From positions 1 to 64,000 of the forward strand of contig RSEE01000137.1 in NCBI GenBank assembly GCA_003971905.1: a stretch of 64,000 nt of DNA, written 5' to 3'. The stretch is from Moniliella sp. 'wahieum'. Taxonomy: Eukaryota. The position numbers were made by a program, and so were the translations under genes. Shown here in pieces: positions 36,850 to 51,800 of this stretch (position 1 is the stretch's first letter; every line of letters begins with the position of its first letter). Below the pieces are notes generated by a model. It worked only from the letters and a program-made list of their open reading frames with translations. It did no database searches and was not told the origin of the DNA.

Positions 36850-38743
36850 TGGACGGCAGCGGGGGGGGGGGGGGGGGGGGGGGGCAAAGGAGGAGGTGGT
36901 GGTACGAGGAAAGGGACGGTGGCGGCAAGCCCACCCGCAAGGACGGCAGGGCGGTGCGCGGTGCTGAGGGTGCGTGTGGACGGTGTGCTTCGACGGGCCG
37001 CGCAGCGCAGCGCGCAAGGCACAAGGCCAGACTACACGAGATCAGACACACACGGCAAGGCGAAACAGCCGTCACGCGGGCGTCAGAAGAACCGCGGCTG
37101 TGCTGTGTGTGCGGTGCTGTGCGCGCACAGCGGGTGCCCTGCGCTGGCTTGCGTTGGCGGCACGCTCGCGGCCCCAGGCCTTGGCACCGCCACCGCCCCA
37201 GCACCGTCCGTCTGCCGCCACCGGAAACGCCGCCCAGAGGAGCGCACGTGCGCTATGCGCTGCCTTGCCACTAGCACACCAGTCAATGCACCAGGATGCA
37301 CCCCATCCCCCACGGATTGGATGAAACAATGGATGAGGCAATGGTGCGATTCGGGCCGAGCGACAGACGGATGATCAACGGTACTGTTGGCGACCAAGCA
37401 GGATTCAAGATTCAAGATTCAGCAAGAATCAGCGCTCAGCATCGACGACGCACCTCGCAGAGGGCAGAAGAATGACGTCAGTGAGTGGTACGACACTGGC
37501 TGCGTGCGACCAGTGGAGCCCACCCCGATTGCGGCACAGGGCCACTGGGGGCCACGGCACAGCGTGCTCGGCGGGCGTGTGGACGGGCACGGGGGCAGCG
37601 GGGCGCTTATCGCCCCTGGCGCTCTGGGCTGGTGCGGCGGCGTGCTGAAGGAGACCACGCGCGGGTTGTCCCGGCCTGTGCCAGACACGCCGCGGGGGCT
37701 CACTCTCAGATCTCATGTGCTCTCAGTCTATCCGCACCCACCCGCGCCTCCCCCTGGCCACACCAGACATGGCCTCAGTAACGTACTATTAACACTCCTC
37801 TGGGGAACGAAAAAGGTACAGCCCCAACACAATCAACCCAATCAACACGTGTGTGTGAGGATGGGTTGGGGAGCAAGCGTTGAGCAACGCAGTACAGACC
37901 AACCATATCCACGCCAACAGTAGGGAAGCACCACAGCCTCCTTTCCCCTATTATATACCTGCATCAGGCCACCAGGTCCTCTGCCCCTCTCTCACATGTC
38001 ACACCACCGCCCGCCTCAAGCCTCAGGGACCTGAGGAACACCCAATTCCCGTTCAACGTCCCCTATGGGACAGGTCGGTGGGATGGATGTGCTTGGTCGA
38101 CTAAGTTTTGTTGATTGCGACCACATCAACATCACGACCCTCCAGGTCTCCGCGGTTAGCTTCCGCGGTTAGGCCTTGGCCCGTATTGGCTACGCCCATC
38201 CATTCGTCCCGCGGACACAACAGAGAGAGAGATCCAACCCCCGAAAGGGACTGGCACCTTAGTTGGCGTGCACGGCTGGGCTACGAAGCTGATCTGTCCC
38301 TCCTTTCCACCTTGCAGCCAGCTCATATTCATTCTGCACCCGACACACATTGACCGCGGACCGCGCTCTCTCGTATACGTCTTCGCCCACAAATACTGTC
38401 CACACCAGCGACCTCACTACGACTCGCTCGCTGGCCTCGATTCTGGCAGGGTACAACCTGCAATGGCTCGGTTCGTCAGGTGTGTGCAGCGTCCATGTGT
38501 TGTGATATGTGACAGGGCGCGGGAAAGCAGCTCCACATCGCAGAACAAGAGAGACGCTATCAGCACACCCAAATGCAACCGGGATGGGCGGGATGGGGTA
38601 CGTTTCGTACAGTGCGCATGCGCATCCATCTACCGCTGTCCTTGCCCCATATGGTCTGCAGCGGTGAGGGGGCAGGAGGGACAAGAAGGGGGGGTTGGAC
38701 AGGTTGGACAGAGGATAGAGGCCGAAGCTGAGGTAGCTGCAGA

Positions 38744-41739
38744 TCAGGCCGACCGCTGGCTTGCCGTTGCCGTTTTCGTTCGTGGTGGTAGTGGCGGTAG
38801 TGGTGGTGGGGGTATCGTCGTCCCATCCGAGCTGGTCAGCAACAAACTGCATTGCGCCCTCGAGCTCCGTGGCGACCATGTCCAACGCGTCCGTCTCTGC
38901 GGAGCGGTGGAGGTATCCGAGGCGGGGGGCGAACGCGCGCTGGCGACGGTGGGTGTAGTACGGATGGAGGTGAGGGAGGAGAACGAGGGTGTGGTTGGCA
39001 TAAAAGGATTTGAGCGTGTCAGCCTCAGATGACGGCATAGGCAAGTCGCCCATACCGGCAAACTGAACCACTGCACGTACCCGCTCTGTACCGCGCGCAG
39101 CCAATACGCCAAGAACCGCATTCGCTCCCACTCCCACCGCCCACCATCACACACGGCACAGACGCCGGGAGGATCGAGACGCACGTGTCGTACGCTGCGA
39201 TGGCAGCGAGCGTGATGGCGTCCTGTACGGACGCTGGCACGGGGTGCGACGGGGCTGAGTGCGAGCCCGAGCCCGAGCCCGAGGACGAGTCGGACGACGG
39301 GCGTGACGCCAGTGCAGCCACCTCGCTCGCCAGCCCCGAGTAACCCGTGTGGGTAGACGCGCGCGGTCCAAGTGCCGACAACTGCGGCCGCACCAAAGCA
39401 CACACATCCACCACTGCCACGCTGTGCGCCTGAGCCCACGCATGGAGCGCGACGTATCCCCCTCCAGCGCCGGCGGGTCGTCCCGCCGTCCGGCACGGCG
39501 TAGTTTGACCGCGCAAACGTCTCGGCTGTACTTTCGTCCACATCGGCCGTTTCACGTACCCCAACTACACGTCCATTGCTCCAGTACCCCGTGCGCGACA
39601 GCGGCGTTCCACCTTCCCGCCCGTTTCGGGCTGCTGTGGTGCACGCCCGTATCGTGCACAAATAACATCACGGCGCGGTAGCCGCTGTGCGCTGACTTTG
39701 CCTGCTTTGGATTCGGTTGCGAAGCATGGGCATCGGCAGGGGTGTGCCCACGCCCGAACCACACGGCTCGGCAGGCAGTCCTGTCCCCGTAGTGTAGATG
39801 TCCCATGGCACCAGAGCATGCACCAACGGCGCAGGCCGAAGCATCCTTGCCCGTACTTCTTCCCCTCTACTGCCGGCACGGGCCAGAAGGTGGACTGGGC
39901 CCAGGAGGGACCCCAACTCGTACTCGTACTTGACCCGGGCGTGGGCACAGAAGGTTGTGCGTCCGGCCCAGACCGCGTCGCAGCTTCAGCTCCAGCTTGG
40001 ACTTGGGCTTGGGCTTGGGCTTGGGCTGGGGCTTCAGCGTGCGCGGCGGGCGGGGCAAACGCGTCGGACGCAATCATATAAGGTGGGCGTTCGGGAAAAG
40101 TGAGGGGTGTGAGACCAAACTTGTCCCAGTAGACGTACTCGCGCCAGAGGCGGAGCAGTTCGGCCTTGCTCGCCCGTGCTGTCGCGGCCTCGTCGCGCAT
40201 CCACGAAGGAAAAGCGGGGTACGGACGGCGGTCCAGGTCGATACGGCGTCGTTTCGCGCGGCGGGGGAGGGGTCCTTCGCCGTCCGAGGCAGAGTTGGCT
40301 TCTTCCTCGGACCAGGCAGGGTGGATCTCTTCGCCTTCGCTCTCGGGCGCTGGGAGGCCGTCGTCTGCATCGGCAAGGCTGGACCAGAATCGCGACTGGA
40401 CCGTGCGTACTTTGCTGCACGTGCGTCGGACACTGGCACAGGCCACCGTGCCCTGTGGCAAGGGCGGTGGAGCCTCGCCGAGCAAGACGCGAGTCACAGC
40501 CAAGGCCGAAGGCGCGATCGAGTCCACGTTGTACCCGCCTTCTAACGCGACGACCAACCGACCCCCAGCGAGCTGCGCAAGTCGCGCAGTCATATGCGCA
40601 TACCCCGTCGGCGAAACTAAGTTCAACCCGAGCGGATCGCCTTGCGCCGCATCAAATCCCGCACTGATAATCACCAGTTCCGGCGCGTACTCGCGCGCAA
40701 TCGGCATAACACGTATCGAACGCATGGAGGTAATCTCCATCGCCCATGCCCGTCGTAGGCCAGGGTATGTTGACGCTAAACCCGTCCGGCGCCAGCGCCA
40801 ACACTCTCAATCGACCCAAATGGCCCTCCGGGGTAGAAACTTGCCATCGTCGTACCGGTGCAGCGATACGTACAGCACCGACGCATCCGCATTGAACATG
40901 GCTTGTGTGCCGTTGCCGTGGTGCACGTCCCTAGTTTGCGTTTCGTTCGGCGGTTGGGGCGCGTCAGCGCTCGGTTCTAAGGCACGCATAGCATAGCATA
41001 GCATAGCATAGCATGGAGGAAACGAGTAGCAGAAGGAGGGGGGGGGGGACGTACCAGTCAACATCATCACACGCGCTTTACTTGCGTGTCGCCCTCGGTG
41101 TACTTGTCCTGCATGGCGCGCGTCGCAATGGCCACATTGTTGAAGAGGCAGAACCCCATGGAGCGGTTAGGTTCCGCATGTGACCCGGCGGGCGGATGAC
41201 AGCCAGGCCATTGCGAATGTCGCGGCGGACGACGGCGTCGCACATTTCAATCAAGCTGCCGGCGGCAAAGCGGGCACAGAGCGCACTGTACTCGTTGAGG
41301 TACAAACTACTTTCCCCTCGAGCAACGCACTGTTCTCCCGTAACGTCTCGATGGGGAGGACGCACTGTTGTACACGCCGTTCACCACAGCGTCCGTGTGC
41401 ACACGCCGGATCTCTGCCCGCCGCGCCTCGCGCGACCGCACACGCACATCTGCGCCACGTACCCGACGTCTTGAGCAGATGGAAGATGTGCGCAATGCGA
41501 CGCGGCGCCTCGGGATGGTCCTCGGCAGGGTGCTTGTGGAGCAGCATGAGGCTGTTGTACACCAGCCCCGTCGCGGCGGGGCCGGCGGGCGCAACGGGCG
41601 CAAAGGGCGGGCACGGGCGTGCGGGTGGGCCTTCGGGCACTTGTTCCCCTTGTGGTGGTGGTGGTGGGGGCGGTGGGGGCGTGGCCACGACGGCGGTGGG
41701 AGTGGAGGTGTCGGGCGTGGGCTGGACGGCGCTGGCCAT
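38744..41739 (-). CDS. HDA1: Class II histone deacetylase (Hda1/Clr3) with C-terminal Arb2-like domain; intron 40931-41054; 3' end approximate
   Basis: [92 protein letters not shown]. Downstream [20 protein letters not shown]. Confidence 0.9.
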
Positions 41740-42489
41740 GGCGGTGCGGCTGCTGTGCGCGTCGGCGATGGATCCAGCGGTGGTGGTGTGGGGCTGCGGA
41801 ATGAGCGGGAAGAAGGAGAGACGCGAGCAGGTCACGTGACCCGCACAGGCCGTACGCGCAGACAGAAAGATATGGGAAGGTGCTGGGTTCGATCCGGGGT
41901 GGGGCCGATTCTTTTTTGGGGGGGGATTCCGCGGCGCCCGACAAGGGCATGCGCGGCACACTGGCACTGGGTAACGTTTACCGTTGTCTAGAATGCAATC
42001 AATATTCAATCCTCCATCCACGGCCTGCTCGCAGGGGTGCTACAGCATGGCGGAGGGGGGTTAGTGCTGCTGTCGCCTCCACGTGCCCTCGCCGCCTGGC
42101 ACGGCGCAGGCGAGCACGGGAGCGAGCGCGAGCAACCGGGCAGAGTGCGCCCGTGCAGGGACAGACGCCTCGCGAGAGGCACTCGCGACATGGGCTGCCC
42201 CCGGCGGCTGTGCTCGCTCTGCCGCTGCCGGCCGGGCGAGCGAGACCGCGGGCACACAGCCCGCGCGCCACACCTCCGCCAGCAGCCCCCGCCGCCCGCC
42301 ACACGGGCCTGCGCCGGCTCCTGCCCGCACACAGCCCCTGCGCCCGGCTGATCCATGCGGCGCCCTGCTTCGCCGCCCCGCCCCCCCGTGCCCCCCCCCC
42401 CCCGCTCAGCCATCTCATCGATCATCGCCCCTCGGCCCTAAGGCCTAAGGCCTCCGGGCATCCAGCCACCACCACCACCACCATCCGCC

Positions 42490-44256
42490 ATGCCCTTCCC
42501 CCGGGTGCACCCGCGGCCCCGCCGTCACGCGAGCGACCTGCCCAGCACCGAGAAGCTCTCCCCGAGCGCCTCCTCCACTCGAGCCCCGGCAGCTTGGACC
42601 GCGACCGCTACCCGCCCTCGTCCCCGTCCCTGCGCCCCCCCTGCCGCCCGCCGTGCCTCTGCCTCCCGCCGCAAACGCATCGTCCTCTTTGCCGCCCTCA
42701 CCGCCACCGCCATTGCCCTCGCCATTGCCCTTGGCGTCGGCCTCGCGTCGGCCTCTCCTCCCACTCCCACCACCCACGGCTCTGACGAGGGCGGTTCCAG
42801 CCCCACCCGCAGCCTGCCCCGCCCCGCCTGGCGCTACTTTCCTCCGCTTCCGCGCCTGTCCCAATATCACCCAGGCCACTGTGCCCCTCATGCACTCCTC
42901 CCTCTGGGCCGACCTGACCCTGCGTCCGACGCACTACCACCACCACGCCCAGTACGGCCACTACCGCCGTGGTCGTGCAGCATGGCATTGGGCGCAACTT
43001 CCAAGTGGCCTTTGCTGCGCTGGCCCCCGTGCTAGATCTGGCCCAGAGCACCGTGCTCGTTGCGCCGAACTTTTACTACCCGACCGATGTGCCGCGCGTG
43101 CTGCGCAATGGCAGTTACTCCAACTGGTTCAATGCGTCGCAAACGCTAGCATGGGACAAGTTTGCGTCGTGGGTGGGTGGGTCGGACCCCGTGGCGCCCA
43201 ACAAATCAGTAGCTGCGTCGTCAGCTACCGTTGGACAAGGCGTGGCATGCAGCACGTACGATGTCCACGATCGTCTGTTTGCCTTGTTTACCAACACGAC
43301 GCTCTACCCGCACATGGAACGCATCATCTTTGCTGGTCACTCGGGCGGTGCGGCACTCATGAGCCGTTACGCGCCATGGTCAGTTCCGACCCGCCGGCTG
43401 GATCGAACCTTACCCTCCGCTTTGTCCAGGCCAACACGCCCAACTTTGCCTACTGGACTCCCGAGCGGCCCAACGCGACCCACACCCAAAAGTGCGCCGG
43501 GTGGAACGATTGGAATTACGGGTTGGAAGGCACAAAGTCGCGCTACGTCGCGGCCAAGTTCACCTCGTCGGTGCGCGACATGTTTCGGTACGTTTACGCT
43601 CGTCCTGTTCTGGTTCCGTTTTTCCGTTTTTTCTCTTTTTTTCTTTTTTTTGGTTTGTGGGTTGGCTGGTGGGAAGCAAGGAGAGAAGGATACTGACTAA
43701 GGACGCGTCCATGCCCCCTAATCTGCTGTACGTTTCGCCAGACGGTACGTTGCGCGGACATAATTGAGTTGCAAGGCAACATGGACACGCGTCGGTGGTT
43801 CCCCGTGGGGGACTACGGGTGCCAAGTGGAAGCGCAAGGCGGGAACAACCGACGGGACCGAAACTACGCATGGTGGGTTACAAGAACCTCTTGTCTGGAT
43901 CCCATTCAACGTGACACAGTTCCCATTTTATAGTGAGATGCGCGCGCTGCTCCCGTCCCGCAGCGTACTGGATAACTCTACCCTGCCTGTGGGCGCAGCG
44001 TCGAACCAGACGGACGGGTACACCTATACGGCCGGTACGGCGCATGCGGACGTCGCTGCGGACGCACATGTGTTCCGACACAGGTTCTGTGTCGTACCCG
44101 ACGTAGGACACATTGCTCCTCCTCATGTGGAACTCGTCCTGTGGCGTACAGGCGTTTGCCAACGCAGGTGTCCCGCCCAGTACGCCGTTTGCTGATTTGC
44201 CCCCGCTCCAGCCGAGTCAGTACCATGGTCCCAAGCCTAAGGCGTCGGACGATTAG
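42490..44256 (+). CDS. Type II membrane-anchored alpha/beta-hydrolase
   Basis: RRKR followed by a TM helix (IVLFAALTATAIALAIALGVGLA). VVQHGIGRN, nucleophile elbow FAGHSGGA, RFVQAN...CAGWNDWNYGL, VVPDVGH. Intron from about 43587. Confidence 0.8.
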
Positions 44257-44512
44257 GTCCCGCATTGCGTCCCGCCCGCCTCAGCCGGGCTAGGTCCTGT
44301 AATGAATGCCTGGCTGGATAGGGGGGGAACGAAAAAGAACGAAAGAAAAAAGAGAAAATGTTTTCCAGGTTCCCGTGGACGCGGTGCCCGATGGGCCACC
44401 GGGTTGGGGGTGGGGGGTTGGGTTGTGGGGTTTCTGGTTTGGTTGGTTGGTCGGGTTTCGTTTCTGTGGAATGTGCGCCTCAACGTCCCTGTCTAGCCCG
44501 TCCCGACCCCCC

Positions 44513-44643
44513 CAATCCAACACAATCCAACACAACACAATCCAACCCAACAATCCAACCACCTAACACAATCCACCCAACCTAACACAATCCAACCCAA
44601 CCTGACACGATCCAACCCAAGCCAACCCAACACAACACAACAC
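44513..44643. repeat. CA-rich pentamer microsatellite (CCAAC/ACAAC/ACAAT)n
   Basis: Direct reading. Confidence 0.85.
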
Positions 44644-45898
44644 AGGCCAGAGTTGCATCGTGTCTCTCCTCCCATGGTCCCATGATCCCTGCCCATATCC
44701 ATGCCATGATCTCATGATCTCATGATGATCATGGCCATGGCTATTATGCACTGCCAACACGCACTCTGTATCTCTCTTTCCTTTATTTGGTTGTGTACCT
44801 GTTCCTGTTCGCCGTGGACTTTGTTTTTTTCATGTTTTCATGTGCCTCAGCGCTCACCTTAGCCTAAGCGCTCAGCCTAAGCCCTCTGTGGTCGACCCTG
44901 TCCTGACCGATCCAGTCACTGTGACTGGGACTGGCGACTGGTGATTGGTGACTGGTACCTTTCTTTCTGGGCTCGAGGGGTGCTATGGTAGACGTTCGGA
45001 CGGTTTCTTATTCCCTGCTCTCCTTTCCTTCCTCCTTGCTTTCCTGTGTTTTGCTTTGCTTCTGTGCTTTGTTTGCTCGCAGCGTCGATGGCGTCCCTCT
45101 TCTCACTATGCATCCTCCTGGCCTTGGTAGCTGTAGGTGTAGGTGGCGTGTGGTGGTGTGGGATGGTGTGCATGGTGTAGACAGTGTGGAGGCTGCCACG
45201 TTTTCCCTAGACGCCCTTGTGCACCACAGATCAATCATGTCTTTCTCTCTCTCTCTCCTCTCTTTTCTCCTGGCGTCCTGAGCCTGCATTCACCACAGGC
45301 CAGTAACCCGACCGACACGGGAACACCCCCATCCTTCGCAAACCTCACATTCATGGCACCGCTGTGTGCAGTGGCGAGACAAAGAGCTCGCACGGCGGCG
45401 ACGGATGAATTGAAGCTGCACGATCAACGACATTCTTGCACGCGTGTGTGGGGGTGTACGGAGTACTGCTGGGTGGCTCGCGACCGAGGACAAAACAGAC
45501 AAAAAGCGAGCAGCAGCTGATGGGGTGGGGTGTATTCCGCGTCTTCTTGGTGTCTTGCGGCGACCTGCGTCTGAGACCCAAGTGTGACATGTGACTGGTC
45601 ACTCTCAGGGGGGATGGCAATCACATTCACCACCTGGGTGGACCACCCAGCCACGCGCTGGACAGCACAGAAGTTTTCCAGAGCAACAGAAGACACACCC
45701 AGTCGGGGGCCGCCGACGAGTGTCCTGGCCAGAGGGACACTGGATTGAGTATTGAGCGCAGCCAGGCACTCTCCTATACTCTCCTCTCCTCTCTGGACGA
45801 TTCAGGGGCGGGAGAGCATCCTATTATGGGCTGCCCCACCCGACCACAGCGGCGCACCCGCACGGGGCAGTGTGTGGCGCAGCCCCCGCCCTTGGCCC

Positions 45899-48800
45899 AT
45901 GCGCGCCAGCCATCCCAGTAAGAGCATTCAGCACCCGCCCCACACACCACCACCACCACCACCACCATCGCCCTCGCCATCGCCACCACCGCCATCGCCA
46001 CCACCACCATCGCCACCACCACCATCGCCATCGCCACTGGCCTTGCCACCACCCCCTCCCCCCCACCCGGCACCGCAGCGGCAGACACGCACAGCCGCGG
46101 CTGCCCCCCCCCCGCTCTAGTCCCCCCTGCCGCCGCTCTCGTTCTGGCTGCTGGTGCTGCTCGTCTTGCCCCAGTACCTCAACGCCCCGCCCGCCGACCG
46201 AGCAGCACTCCGGCCTCTCCTCCGCCTCCCTCTTCGCCTCCGACGACCCCGACAGCGCCCCGCGCATCCGCCGCCGCCGCTGCCTCCTCCGCCTCCGCCT
46301 CGCCCTTGCCCGTGCCCGCACCCACGCCCGCACACCGCACCCCCGCGCGTCGCCAGCTCCCCCTCCGACGCCGTTGGCGACGCGCTCTCGACCATTGGTC
46401 TTGCCTTTGGCCTCGGCATCCTCGCCCTCCCCATCCTCTTCAACCCGCCCCTCCTCCTCGTCCTCCTCCTCCCGTCCTCCGCCCCGCCGGGTGCACCAGC
46501 AGCGCCCAGCACAGAACCCTCCTCCCGAGTCGGAGCACAAGAAACCCCGCTCTTCCCCGTCTGGCCACCAGCACTGCCGACTGGGGCGTACCGCTGGACG
46601 TGCGCTTTGCCCCGCGCCTGGCCTCTCGCGCGCGACCCAACGCCCCTTCTCCACCCCCGTCCTCCGCCCCCAACGCTCCTCCATCCGCCGCGCCCGCCCA
46701 CACGCCCACACCGCCCTCGCCGCCTGCTCCCCCCCCCCGCTTGCCTCCCGCAAACCCTCCTCCCGCCTTAGCCTCCTCTCCGCCGTCCAGACACGCCGCC
46801 AGCTCGTCGTTGCTGACATTCAGTGGAAGGTACGTGTCTCCCCGGTACTCCTGTCCTTGCTGCTGCCCTTGCCACTGGCACTGCCCCTGCCTCTGCCTCG
46901 TTTCTGTGATCCTCGACTGACCATCGACCTTGCAAAGTTTGAGCCACGGCAGATGCCAGCACCCGAACTCGCCATGCCTGGCTTTGCGCTCCCCGTCGTC
47001 GACCAGCAGTCCGCCCAGCCCCCGCGTTTCCCCCTCCCTGCTGAAGATCCGCCGCAGCCCATGGACATAACCATCCCCATCCTCCCCACGCCCATGCCCA
47101 TGCCCACCCCGCAGCCCCCCCCCCTCTTTCTGCGCACGTACCCGACCTTCCTGCCATCCCTCCGTCGCCGCCTGATCTCCCCGCCATCCCTCCGCCGCCG
47201 CCGGACGCACCCGACGGACAAGACGACCCGACGGACCACTCTCTCCCTGCCACGCACGGACGACCGCCGTCGACCCTCTCTCGTGCCTCCCCTCATCGTA
47301 CCCGAACGCAGCGGCAGTGGGATCGGTCCTCGCGGCCACCTCAGCCCTAGCGATTCGGCTAGTGTCGCCGACACACCCAACCCGCTCAACAACCCTTTGG
47401 CCACCACGACGGCCCCTCCCGCCCATTTCCCTCTCGCCCGTCTTGGGCTCCGACGGTCCACTCCCTTCCCGGAACCTGGCGCTGGATTGGAACCTGTGTC
47501 TGTGCCCGTGTCTGTGCCAGTGTCTGTGCCTTCTTCCTTGCCCGCTCTCCCGTTACCACCCACCATTTCCTTTGCCGCCGGCGCCGGCAAGTACAAGTAC
47601 AAACACACCCGAAGCGGAACGTTCCCCTTCGGCTCAGCCTCTGCCCGTCGTGCGAACCTCCGATTCACCCACCTCGTTCGTCCGCCCAGGCCACACCCAC
47701 CGCGCATCCCTCAGCGCCAACGCACCGGCCTTTGTTCCCTCCAGTGCGCGGCAAGGACCTCTAGGCGTAGGCACTGGCAACGGGCCTACGCCCTTCCACT
47801 TCCCCCCCTTACCCTCGGCTGCCCCCACTGCCAGGGGACGGGTACCGTGTCGAGAACGCAACTGGGCTGATCAGTGTGCCGGCTCCACCGCGTCGGTCCC
47901 GGCGGACCATACGCGTAGACGTAGCGCGACGGTCAGTGCGTTCGGACCGGACTTGGCTTTCCCCCGCCCTGGCGCCCCATTGACGCTTTGCCCCCCACCC
48001 CGGTCCGCTCTACGTTTGGCGTCACCGTCACCACTCCGTCCGCCTCTGCCTCCGCCTCTGCCTGGTATGGCACGCGATCCCCTCCCTCTGACGTCCCGCA
48101 CGTTCCCCCTCCCCCCCCCCGACCGTCGAGCAGCCCACGGTGCCTGACCCTACCGTTACCTCCCACTCCCGCCACCGCTACCAATCCCGCTTCCGCTTCT
48201 GCTTCCACCTTGCTGGGATCCAGTAGCTTCGGCATGGGCGCACATACTTCTCACTTCTCCGGTGTGGCCGCTAGCCCTCCCACTGCTGGGCCCACTCGGT
48301 CGCCTGGTCCCGCGCCTCCCGACGCCATCTGGCGCATTGATCCCGCCCGCCATGCCTATTCCGGGTCGGATGGGCACGGCGAGCGGATCGTGGAACGTGC
48401 GTGGCGCACCACATGCTTACCCGTTCTTGCAACCTGCCGCTCGTCCCAGTGCGTACGTCGGAAGTACTACCGTTGCACGTGCTGCGACCGGTGGGGTGGC
48501 AGGAGGGATGGTAGGTCCCAACCCCTGCGGGCGCTACAACCTCCACAACAGCTACGGGCGCCCCTCCGGTGTCTGTTTCGTCTGCTTCGCCACACGTGCA
48601 TGCCCGGCACATGTCCGGGGCCATGTTGGCCAGCGGGATGAACGCGAACGCGAACGCGAATGGGAATCCCAATCTGAATCCCAATCTGAATCCGGCTATG
48701 AATCTGAATCTGAATCTCAGTCCGAGCATGAAGATGAATATGAATGTGGCTCGACGGGGGTCGATTTCCTTGGCCAGCGGACCGACGGGCAACAGCGCTC

Positions 48801-51800
48801 ACCCCCCCCGCTCACGGACAGGCCGTATCGTTCACCACCCTCTCAAGACTACTGGCCACAATTCGACCCCGAGCGTGCAGTTGGACCCGGCGGCGTTTGC
48901 CGAGATGCTCGCGGCCCAAGCGGGTGCGGCGCAAGCTAAACCCGACCCGACGGGGTCGGGGTCGGGCTTAGGATCGGGCACGAGCACGGGTCTGGGTATG
49001 GGAATGGGCATGGGCATGAGTGCGGGCGCAGGGATAAGGGGGAAGAGCGGACTGGAGAATGGGCAGTATGCTAAGGACCGTCCCTTGGGTCGTGTTGCCC
49101 CAGCTACCGTCGTCTCCCCGCTGAAACCTCGCAAGGCCATCACCCATCCTCGTCCCGGACGAGGTACCTGCGTCGCGACGCCCGCCGGCCCAGCCGTACG
49201 CCTACCTCGCTCCGCCGGCGCGCGACGAGGCGCTGCAGCTGGAAACGGAGGTGGGGGATTTGTTGGATGCGGATCTGGCCGAGGCAGAGCGCAAGATGCA
49301 GCAGGAGGAAGACGAAACGGAAGAAGAAGAAGAAGACGATGATGATGAGGGAGAAGCGCGTCCTACTTCCCGATCTGCGTCTACGCACTCGTCCAACGGG
49401 CACGGGAGCCCGTCGCACGTCCTCCCACCCGGGAGAGACGACGGAACAAGTGCAGGCCAAAAAAAACATCTGCTGCGCTTGCGAATCATCAACCGTCGTC
49501 GCGGGGGCTGGCACGCTCGGCGCCCGCTTCTGCACCTCGCCTTGCCGGCGGACAGCGACCCGCAGCCGACTGGGGATCGGGCGGCGGTCCAGCCGGACAC
49601 CTCCCGCTCCCGCGGGCTTTTTGCCGGTGCAGCAGGACAGGAACCGGTCAGAGTGGATGCCGCGGGGCGCACTGGGTCGCTGAAGAACAGCAAATTGCTT
49701 GTGCTGGCGGCGCAGTGCCAGTGCCTTGCCTGGCTCGATCCGCGTCTCGACGCCATCTCGCGGTTTCAGCACGAGGAAGAGTTGCCGCCCTTTCCGTTGC
49801 CTGCCTCGCTCGTCGTCGCTGTGCCGCCACCACCGTACCGCGCCTGGAACGGTTACCTCCTCCGCTGGCGCAACGATGAGGCCCATCGCGCCTGGGCTCA
49901 GGAACTGACCGCGTTCCTCCCTCTCGACATGGTACGTTGTCCCCCCCCCTCCAAACACGCTTTCTGTTGTCCCGACGGCCTGGGATTTCGGCTGCACGAG
50001 ATACTGACACGGAGCAGGACCAGGCCGCCAGTTTCGACGCCGATGCTGATGCCGATGCTGATGGCGACACTGACGCCGACGCGCTCCCCGCGCTGGACGA
50101 ATGGACCCATCTCGTCCCGGCCGCCGGGACGAGAGAGGAAGAAAGGGTAGCGTTGTTGGCCCGCGCGCGCGGCGCGAACGCCGCTCCCCGTCTCTCGCCC
50201 CCCGCAGCTTGATGCCCATCGCGCGAGACGAGCTGCCAGAACCCGCCGGGATCGACACGACGTTTGCCGCCAGCGCGCCGGGTCGGGTACCGGACATTAC
50301 GCTGGCCGAGGAATCAGAGAGCGTGTCGACACTGTCGTCGTCGCCGGAGCCGGAGGCGGGTCGGAGGTCGGTCGCACAAGCTACTCGAGCACGGTACCGC
50401 CACCGGGGCTTCGCGCCACTCGCCCCGGTTCACCTTGGGCCTCTCCTCGCCCGGCGGGTCCTTTGGTTTGTCCACCTTCCTTCCCCTTCCGCCCGTCCCG
50501 CCGCTCGGCGAGGCCAGCTTGCTCGACCCGGCTACCGAAGCCCGTATCCGCGCTCGCCACGACCGTCTCTCTGCCCCCTTCTCTTCCGCACCCACCCCGA
50601 CCACAGCCCTCTCCCCCACCACGTACGACCGCGAACTTAAGAGCGACTCGGCCCTGCCCCTCCACCTCCGCCGGCGCCCTCAACACAAAAGGACCCGAGT
50701 GGCCTCCCTGCTCCTGCTCCGGATCCTGCTCCGGATCCTGCTCCGGATCCTGCTCCCAGTCCGTCCAAGCAGAGCCCCAGGGTAGTCCCCCTGGCCGAAA
50801 AGGAGAGGGAGGAGATGGGCCACGGCGTGCCGAGCCCGCAGCTGGGACCGACGTTGGCGCCGCTGTTGTCTGCGCCATCCTGGTCGCGGTTTCCACCCGA
50901 CGAGTACGACTCGGACATGGATACCAACCCGTCGGACCACGCGAGCAGCCTGATGAGCCTCATCCACGAGCGCGAGGAAGGCCCTGATGACTCGGACGGG
51001 CCGGCGGTCGGACGTCTGTCGAGCGTGGGCTTTCTTGCGTCGGACGACCGCGGTGCGCCCGAGCACACGGTGCTGCCACGGACCACACCGACGCGCAGGG
51101 CAGCGACCCGCTGCGCAGTCGGCGCACGAGCCAGGCGAGCCGGTGGACGAGCCACGGACGGAGCATGACGTGCGAGACGTTGCCCTCGTCGAGCATTGGC
51201 GAGGGGAGAGGATTGCGCGCGGCGCGCCGACCCCGCCGCCGTCCGAAGCGGCCATGAGCCGTCGGCCGAGCTACTTCCTGCCCCGACCGAGCGTCTCGGG
51301 CCGCTCCTCCACCACCCTCGCCGTGCTCGCCCCCAGCCCGCCCGTGCGGCCTGTCCCGCGCCCGCTGCCCGACGACCCGGACTACATCTCCAACCCGTCC
51401 GACGAGGACGAGGAGGAGCTGTACGGCGCGTACGACCCCGACGCCAGGACGACCTCGCGTTAGTCCGTCCGCCTTACATCCCCATGGCCACTGCTCGCCC
51501 GCCCCACACGGGCGCCTACCCGCTCGGCCGGCATGGCCACGCGATCCCCGCCTCCACCGTCCCGGCCAGCCGTCGTGAGGAGCCCCAGCCGCTGCCACAC
51601 CACCCACACCCGCCACACCAGCCACGCTTCTCCCCCGGCTCGCAGGGCTCGCAGCGGTCGCTCTTGCCGCCCGGGTCGGGACCAAGGACGCTCAACGCGG
51701 CCGCGCCAGCGTTCCAGCCGACCGGACAGCGCGCGTTTACGTTCCAGTCGCCGCTGCCGTACCCCTACCCCAGTCTGCCCGACGACAAGCCCACGCCGCC

